DNA of 64,000 nt from a virus. Positions 58,224 to 64,000 of the stretch are shown piece by piece (positions within the stretch are counted from its first letter, which is position 1; each line of letters begins with the position of its first letter). The notes beneath the pieces were generated by a model that saw only the letters and a list, made by a program, of their open reading frames with translations, did no database searches and had not been told where the DNA came from. The position numbers and the translations under genes were made by a program. The stretch covers positions 3,338 to 67,337 of the IMG/VR virus record IMGVR_UViG_3300013094_000040, one strand, 5' to 3'.

Positions 58224-59037
58224 TAGTTTTGTCTATGGTAGCGAACTATCAGATTGCGATACGTTTAAAGGCGCTCGTGGTAAAAATTTTAAATATAGTC
58301 TAAAAACATTTACGGCATTGGTATCTGCAGACTACGATTATGAATGCGTAGCCTGGCCTGGCTATGGAAATGATTCTATAGCACGTAGAGTTATCGCCGA
58401 GTGTGAGTCTATATTTCCTGAACGTCCAGTGGTTATTGTAAGTTGGACATTCCCGGGCAGATATGAATTTAGATTTAATTATAGTACCAATCAGATAAAC
58501 AGTCCGTGGCATACTATTACTCCCTGGACTGTAAACACTATCGATGCTATTAAAAAAGAATATGCAACCTTTGATGAAAAAACATTAACAGACCAAATAG
58601 CCGCATTAGATCGTGCTCAAAAAACTGGAGTAGCGGATTTTGCTGACACATTCTATCGTCACGTTGGCAATAATGAATACTGGGAAATATATTCTTCACT
58701 TAAAGAAATTGTTTATCTGCAAAACTATTTAAAAACAAATAATATACCATATTTGTTTACCTGTGCTGACAACAGTATATGGTACAATAATACCATTGAC
58801 AGAGCCGACAACATTATACATAGCCTAACAGAACAAATACGCAGAGATCAAGAAAATTGGTTTTGGTTCCCAGCTGGAATAAATCCACAGGATACGCAAA
58901 GCCCAAGAGGTTTTTATCAGTGGGCCATAGAGAATAAATACCCAGTAGGAACAACACATCCATTAGATGAAGCACATCAGGCAGCAGCCAAATTAATACA
59001 AGGAAAATTCAATGAGTTGGTTAAGAAATCTGTATAA
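58201..59037 (+). CDS. SGNH/GDSL hydrolase-like protein
   Basis: VAGGDSFVYG, PGYGN, SWT...R, THPLDEAH. Confidence 0.75.
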   Translation: MIIVAGGDSFVYGSELSDCDTFKGARGKNFKYSLKTFTALVSADYDYECVAWPGYGNDSIARRVIAECESIFPERPVVIVSWTFPGRYEFRFNYSTNQINSPWHTITPWTVNTIDAIKKEYATFDEKTLTDQIAALDRAQKTGVADFADTFYRHVGNNEYWEIYSSLKEIVYLQNYLKTNNIPYLFTCADNSIWYNNTIDRADNIIHSLTEQIRRDQENWFWFPAGINPQDTQSPRGFYQWAIENKYPVGTTHPLDEAHQAAAKLIQGKFNELVKKSV

Positions 59038-59113
59038 CAGAATCAAGCTGGAAATCCAATACCGTAAAAAATTAAAAGAACTACGTAAACGAGATCCATT
59101 TATCTATAAATGA
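59012..59113 (+). CDS. Small basic protein (33 aa) missing from the ORF track
   Basis: MSWLRNLYNRIKLEIQYRKKLKELRKRDPFIYK; AGGA RBS; overlaps the upstream stop and forms an ATGA overlap with the next gene. Confidence 0.7.
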   Translation: MSWLRNLYNRIKLEIQYRKKLKELRKRDPFIYK

Positions 59114-59802
59114 AAACAATATTGGCCATTGGTGACAGTTACACCTATGGAGCAGAATTACCCGACGCCGGCCACGAAAGAGGCAACGATGGATTTTTTG
59201 TTTACAATAATCCAAGCCAATTTGCCTGGCCACAGGTATTAGCTAATAAATTAGATTCTTCGGTTACCAATTTGGGATTACCCGGGGGAAGCAATGATAG
59301 GATCTTTAGAGTTACCATAGATACCCTAATCCAAAATACATACGATTTAGTCATATGCGCTTGGACAGATGTAGCAAGACTGGATTTGGTATTTAACGGA
59401 CAAGAGCTTCCGGTAACTGCTACCAGCAGTTGGCATCACAGACAATTTAAATGGTTACCAGAATATTTTGCTCAACACTATGAAGATCGACATGCTACCC
59501 AAAGTTGGTTAGTTAAACTGTTAGCACTACAAGAATATCTTAAAGGTCGCAATCAACGGTACATTTTTGTTAATATGCAGAGTAACTGGGATTGGGCAAA
59601 TGATTTAACAAAACTCGATCTTGCTCATTATTTAGATCAAGTTGATAGCCAATACTTTTTAGGTTGGAACACCGGAGAAGGAATGACTTGTTGGCAAGGT
59701 GATTGTGTTAAAGGACCCGCAGGACATCCACTGGAACTTGGACACGAACGAATAGCAGATAAAATTTATGAACATATTGGGAATCTCGGCTGGCTTTCAT
59801 GA
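59110..59802 (+). CDS. SGNH/GDSL hydrolase-like protein
   Basis: AIGDSYTYG, PGGSN, AWT...R, GHPLELGH. Confidence 0.75.
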   Translation: MKTILAIGDSYTYGAELPDAGHERGNDGFFVYNNPSQFAWPQVLANKLDSSVTNLGLPGGSNDRIFRVTIDTLIQNTYDLVICAWTDVARLDLVFNGQELPVTATSSWHHRQFKWLPEYFAQHYEDRHATQSWLVKLLALQEYLKGRNQRYIFVNMQSNWDWANDLTKLDLAHYLDQVDSQYFLGWNTGEGMTCWQGDCVKGPAGHPLELGHERIADKIYEHIGNLGWLS

Positions 59803-61249
59803 CGCTGCCGCTACAGTAATCAACAATCAAGGCGATATCTTGTATGCTGGACACGCAGAGCGTTACAGCAAAATTAAGAACGATCCTGATCTACATCGAG
59901 AAATGTTTTTTGATTTAGCACGTGGTCGTCACATTGATCATATTGCTTACTATGAAACTCCTTGGAAGAAACAACTACGCCAGCTATATTCAGGACAGGG
60001 CGTAGAGTGGAACAAGTTAACTACCGGCCAGGTACTTAACAAACAGTTACAGGGATTCTTTACAGGTGTTCCTGTTACAACACATAATCATCACCTAAGC
60101 CATGCCGCAGCAGGATTTCAAACCAGCCCCTACGATCGAGCCACAGTAGTAGTTATTGACGCTATTGGTGAATTTGATACAGTAAGTATCTGGGGTGCTC
60201 ACTACGACAATGGAGTTGCTCGGTATCACCGGCTATGGGGACAACGATATCCTCACAGTATCGGATTGTTTTATAGTGCTATGACCAAACGTATTGGACT
60301 TAAACCCATGGAAGATGAATATATCCTTATGGGCATGAGTGCCTACGGTAGAGATTGGAAACAAAGCGACATATTAGAAAACGACTTTGTTGAAGAATTA
60401 TACGATGTAAAATTTAAACAAAATTTACATCTTGGAGTTGACAATACCTACATGAGTCACGTTAGCCAAGAAGATATTGCCATTGGTGCCCAGGCACTTG
60501 CAGAAAAATTAATTTATAATGTAATGGTTCGTGCCAAGTGTTTTGGCTGGAGCCGCAATTTGGTATACATGGGAGGGGTAGCACTTAACTGCCTTGCTAA
60601 TAGAAACTTAGGAGACTATTTTGATAATATATGGATTATGCCTAATCCTGGCGATGCTGGTAGTAGCCTTGGCGCCGCCGCTTTGGTTTATGGCGGCCGT
60701 CTTAACTGGCGCGATGCTTATCTGGGCCACTGCATTCCTGGTCCTTACCCTGTTAACTCTGCCCTGGATCATTTACTTAGTGATCGCATTGTGGGTGTTG
60801 CATCTGGTGCTGCCGAGTTTGGACCGAGAGCCTTAGGCAATCGTAGTTTGTTAGCAGACCCACGTGGCAATGATATAAAGGATAAAGTAAATGAAATCAA
60901 ACGCAGACAAAAGTTTCGACCCTTTGCACCGGTTATTCTGGAGGAGTATGTTGATCAGTATTTTGATCTCCCTGATGGTTGGAGTGACAGTAGGTATATG
61001 CAAATCGTCGGTTATTGTAGGAATCCTGAGTTATTTCCTGCTATTACCCATGTTGATGGTACCAGTAGGATACAGACTGTACCAGCTGATGGATCAGGAA
61101 TCAGAGAATTATTAGAAAAGTGGTATGTAATGACTGGCTGTCCAATGTTATTGAACACCTCATTAAACATTCGTGGAGAGCCAATGGTTAACGATCGTGC
61201 AGATGCCGATCGCTTTGAAAAATTATATAATGTAAAGGTGGTATCATGA
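59768..61249 (+). CDS. Carbamoyltransferase (NodU/CmcH/TobZ family)
   Basis: GIS..FHDAAA, ERYSKIKND, HHLSHAA, IDAIGE, GGVALNC, PGDAG, EFGPRALGNRS, RPFAP, HVDGTSRIQTV, LNTSLN. Confidence 0.95.
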   Translation: MNILGISAGFHDAAATVINNQGDILYAGHAERYSKIKNDPDLHREMFFDLARGRHIDHIAYYETPWKKQLRQLYSGQGVEWNKLTTGQVLNKQLQGFFTGVPVTTHNHHLSHAAAGFQTSPYDRATVVVIDAIGEFDTVSIWGAHYDNGVARYHRLWGQRYPHSIGLFYSAMTKRIGLKPMEDEYILMGMSAYGRDWKQSDILENDFVEELYDVKFKQNLHLGVDNTYMSHVSQEDIAIGAQALAEKLIYNVMVRAKCFGWSRNLVYMGGVALNCLANRNLGDYFDNIWIMPNPGDAGSSLGAAALVYGGRLNWRDAYLGHCIPGPYPVNSALDHLLSDRIVGVASGAAEFGPRALGNRSLLADPRGNDIKDKVNEIKRRQKFRPFAPVILEEYVDQYFDLPDGWSDSRYMQIVGYCRNPELFPAITHVDGTSRIQTVPADGSGIRELLEKWYVMTGCPMLLNTSLNIRGEPMVNDRADADRFEKLYNVKVVS

Positions 61250-62082
61250 CACAACGTATTTTAATTATGGGTTTACCTGGTGCAGGCAAAACAACATTAG
61301 CAGCAGCTCTTAAACGCTATTTAGAAGAACACGGGGATATTAGCTATGGCCGAGCATTAAATGAATTCATCGATCCCAAGGTCTTAGTAAACTGGTTCAA
61401 CGCCGATGATATTCGTCGCAAATATAACGACTGGGACTTCTCCAATGACGGTCGTATTCGTCAAAGTCTACGTATGTTTCAGTTTAGTATGGAAGCCGGT
61501 GGGGACTATGTTATCTGTGACTTTGTTGCTCCTTTAGTTGAAATGCGTAATAACTTCAAAGCCGACTGGACTATTTGGGTAGACACTATTCGCGAAGGAC
61601 GTTATGCTGATACTAATGCCGCATTTGTTGAACCCGAAGTTTACGATTTCCGTGTCACAGAACAGGCAGCAGAAAAATGGGCAGAGTTTATTGGACAACA
61701 CATAATTGACCGTCGCCGCCGCCCCGTATTCGACTGGCGGAAAGAAACTGTGCAGATGTTGGGACGTTGGCAACCATGGCATGATGGACACCGCGCACTA
61801 TTTGAACGACTAATACAGCGTACAGGACAGGTAGTTATACAAATACGCGACTGTCAAGGCTGGCAAGGTAGTAATCCATTTGAAATAGAAAAGGTTAAAT
61901 CATTTATTCGTCGCGATTTAGATCCTATCTATCAGGGTCAGTATGAAATACAAGTAGTGCCTAACATTGTACATATTGGTTGGGGCCGTGGCGTAGGATA
62001 TACAAGCGGAGAAGAAACATTTGATGACTCTGTAACCGACATCTCGGCTACAAAGATTCGTAAGGAACTGGGGCTTGGCTAA
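61246..62082 (+). CDS. Adenylyl-sulfate kinase-like P-loop domain fused to an HxGH nucleotidyltransferase domain
   Basis: GLPGAGKTT, NADDIR, DFS..GR..Q; C-terminal GRWQPWHDGH, NPF, ISATKIR. Confidence 0.8.
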   Translation: MTQRILIMGLPGAGKTTLAAALKRYLEEHGDISYGRALNEFIDPKVLVNWFNADDIRRKYNDWDFSNDGRIRQSLRMFQFSMEAGGDYVICDFVAPLVEMRNNFKADWTIWVDTIREGRYADTNAAFVEPEVYDFRVTEQAAEKWAEFIGQHIIDRRRRPVFDWRKETVQMLGRWQPWHDGHRALFERLIQRTGQVVIQIRDCQGWQGSNPFEIEKVKSFIRRDLDPIYQGQYEIQVVPNIVHIGWGRGVGYTSGEETFDDSVTDISATKIRKELGLG

Positions 62083-62272
62083 AAGGATTTGGAAAACGTT
62101 GTCTTGGAGATTTATAGGATCCGGGTCAACGTTTTTAATCAGTTATGTTGTAACAGGGCAGGCATTTGTTGCCACCAGTATAGCAGTAGCCCAAATTATT
62201 GCCAATACCGTTTTATATTATATGCACGAAACTGCGTGGGACAAATTTTCACGTAGCTCAGACCAACATTGA
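62075..62272 (+). CDS. DUF2061-like small membrane protein
   Basis: KTLSWR...T...LYYMHETAW; TTG start. Confidence 0.7.
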   Translation: MAKRIWKTLSWRFIGSGSTFLISYVVTGQAFVATSIAVAQIIANTVLYYMHETAWDKFSRSSDQH

Positions 62273-63327
62273 TCTAAAAAGCCGTTACTGTAAAATCTAC
62301 GATAATTATGATCTAAGGTAGATTGCATTTCTTTTAATAAGTCTTCAAGATCACGTAAGTCGTAACCACAAATTTTTTGAATTAGATTTGTAACAGCAGT
62401 CATACGTTCTACAGGATCTTCGATAGTGTCGTAACTTTCGTCCCACCAATAGTCAAATGTTTTAAATCCATAGCTACGTAGATATTTTAAACTACCAGCA
62501 GGGCCAACAACAATAAAAGGCATACGACTTACGATAGGTTTAAACACTTTTTCTGTTAGATGATCTTTGCGATCCCAGTAGCAAGTTTCAGTAACAACAT
62601 AGACAAAACTTTCCTGTGTTTCGGGAATAGCATTTAATGTAAAACTTTGATTGGGAATCGATTGATCTTTAAAGTCTATGCGAAGTTCGGGCAGTTGTTC
62701 TACAGTAGAGATTGTATCTTTGATTAGCGTTGCGTCCAATTGACTTGATTCTAAATGCTCAACATAATCGCCACCATCGGGACAAATTTTACTGTAGCTA
62801 ACATGTCCGTAGTCTAATAAGTTACGTTTGGCTAATTCACTGACCAACAATGTACGGTAGACCCTATGTCCTCCGGTCAGTCGATTAAAACAAATATACT
62901 TTTTAGATAGTATTCGTTTACCGGGATCTATCATCAATGGATGATATCGATAGCCGCGAAACCAATCTGCTGCTGCAAATGCGTGATGGAAGTAATAAGC
63001 AGTTGGCCAATTGTAACGTTGTTTTATCGTATCCAAGGGCTCGCTATTTTGTTCGGTGGTGACTAATACAAATGGTGCCTGAAATTTTTCTTGAACATAA
63101 TCAAGTAATCTATGATTATATTCTCCGTAGATGGGCTCTTGGTCATAAAATATAAACATAGGGCTATTTTTAACATAACCAGAAATGTGTCCATAGTAGT
63201 CAGTTATGGTTTCTATATTTTCTGGTTGAGTTGCTCCAAAAGGTCGTAGGTAAAGTAGCCTGCGATATGTTACAATAGGTTGAAGTGCCAGAAATATATT
63301 TTCGTAGTGACTGTGAATATTATACAT
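62218..63327 (-). CDS. Hypothetical protein, possibly glycosyltransferase-related
   Basis: VVTET...LTEKVFKPI...PFIVVG...LRSYGFKTF..WDESYD; TEK motif recalls GT10/GT-B-like proteins. Confidence 0.6.
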   Translation of the reverse strand: MYNIHSHYENIFLALQPIVTYRRLLYLRPFGATQPENIETITDYYGHISGYVKNSPMFIFYDQEPIYGEYNHRLLDYVQEKFQAPFVLVTTEQNSEPLDTIKQRYNWPTAYYFHHAFAAADWFRGYRYHPLMIDPGKRILSKKYICFNRLTGGHRVYRTLLVSELAKRNLLDYGHVSYSKICPDGGDYVEHLESSQLDATLIKDTISTVEQLPELRIDFKDQSIPNQSFTLNAIPETQESFVYVVTETCYWDRKDHLTEKVFKPIVSRMPFIVVGPAGSLKYLRSYGFKTFDYWWDESYDTIEDPVERMTAVTNLIQKICGYDLRDLEDLLKEMQSTLDHNYRRFYSNGFLDQCWSELRENLSHAVSCI

Positions 63328-64000
63328 GTTTGATGTTTTTTATTGGGGACCAAAGCCCAACTTATTCGAATTTGAAAAACCTGCTCAGGATTTAGCAGAT
63401 GCCGCACGGCAGAGCAAAACCAAGTTCTGCTGGTATATTTATGGGGGCAACGATTACACAGACTTTAGTTTCGACTTTATACCAGTGCCATGGGAAGAAC
63501 AGTATATACATGTTTGGCCCGACCAGTGGCAAGACAATGGCAGAGTTTATTTGATTAACATTGATACAGTAGATCAAAAGCAATGGCATTATCGTAAGGA
63601 TCAACAGGTACGCACCGTTAATCAAGCTGACATATACTATGTTGATCATCAAAACGGTACAATAGCACGTCATCAATTTGATGTGTTAAAAGAACACAAT
63701 CCCAATATCCATAAAACACGTTTTATGGACAACTACTTAGACACATTCCGCCGAATCATAAACACAGCCAAAACAGAATATGTTTGGATTATTAATAGTG
63801 TTTGTGATTATACTACATTTGATTTTAATTGGCACCCAAGCCAATGGCAAGAAGAAATGATTCATTGCTTTCCCAGTGATAGTCAACGACGCGGAGATAC
63901 ATTTTACATTCACGTAGAATCGTTTAGCCAACAAATGATTGATTTGGAATTACTGGATTGGTTTAATGTTATCAACTATTCAGAAGATCAAAGAGTATTC
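63326..64000 (+). CDS. Partial hypothetical protein with tandem degenerate GT-A-like repeats (runs off the window edge)
   Basis: Not in the ORF track; open frame MFDVFYWGPKPNLF... to base 64000; two similar units KT..(C/V)W.I....DYT.F.F...P..W.E..IH..P. Confidence 0.7.
   Translation, partial: MFDVFYWGPKPNLFEFEKPAQDLADAARQSKTKFCWYIYGGNDYTDFSFDFIPVPWEEQYIHVWPDQWQDNGRVYLINIDTVDQKQWHYRKDQQVRTVNQADIYYVDHQNGTIARHQFDVLKEHNPNIHKTRFMDNYLDTFRRIINTAKTEYVWIINSVCDYTTFDFNWHPSQWQEEMIHCFPSDSQRRGDTFYIHVESFSQQMIDLELLDWFNVINYSEDQRVF

Noticed and set aside
1-64000. Alternative genetic code (stop-codon reassignment)
   Set aside because: Genes tile densely under the standard code, and TAA, TGA and TAG all terminate full-length conserved proteins.

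Overview
A 64-kb segment of a large T4-like (myovirus) phage genome, read in the standard genetic code. From left to right: (1) a partial tape-measure-like gene (minus strand, absent from the ORF track), divergent from a gp26-like/gp51-like pair that may be joined by a -1 frameshift. (2) A ~390-nt highly structured non-coding region directly downstream of a GIY-YIG (endonuclease II-like) gene. (3) A minus-strand gp55 (late sigma)-gp47-[adenylating enzyme]-gp46 block. (4) A ~34-kb baseplate/tail module: tube-initiator-like, gp53-like, hub, gp5-like spike with three predicted peptidoglycan hydrolase domains, gp25, gp6, a 4277-aa giant wedge protein, and several fibre plus glycine-rich adhesin genes. 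(5) A ~20-kb translationally coupled tailoring-enzyme operon: three glycosyltransferase-like proteins, seven radical SAM enzymes, three SGNH-like proteins, an acyl-AMP ligase, a carbamoyltransferase, an APS kinase/nucleotidyltransferase fusion and two DUF2061-like membrane proteins. The strongest candidates for undescribed biology are the structured RNA behind the GIY-YIG nuclease, the radical-SAM/glycosyltransferase cluster with cassette-like inserted genes, the putative frameshift, and repeated leaderless promoter architecture. All product calls come from motifs and gene order read by eye; no database searches or folding programs were run.
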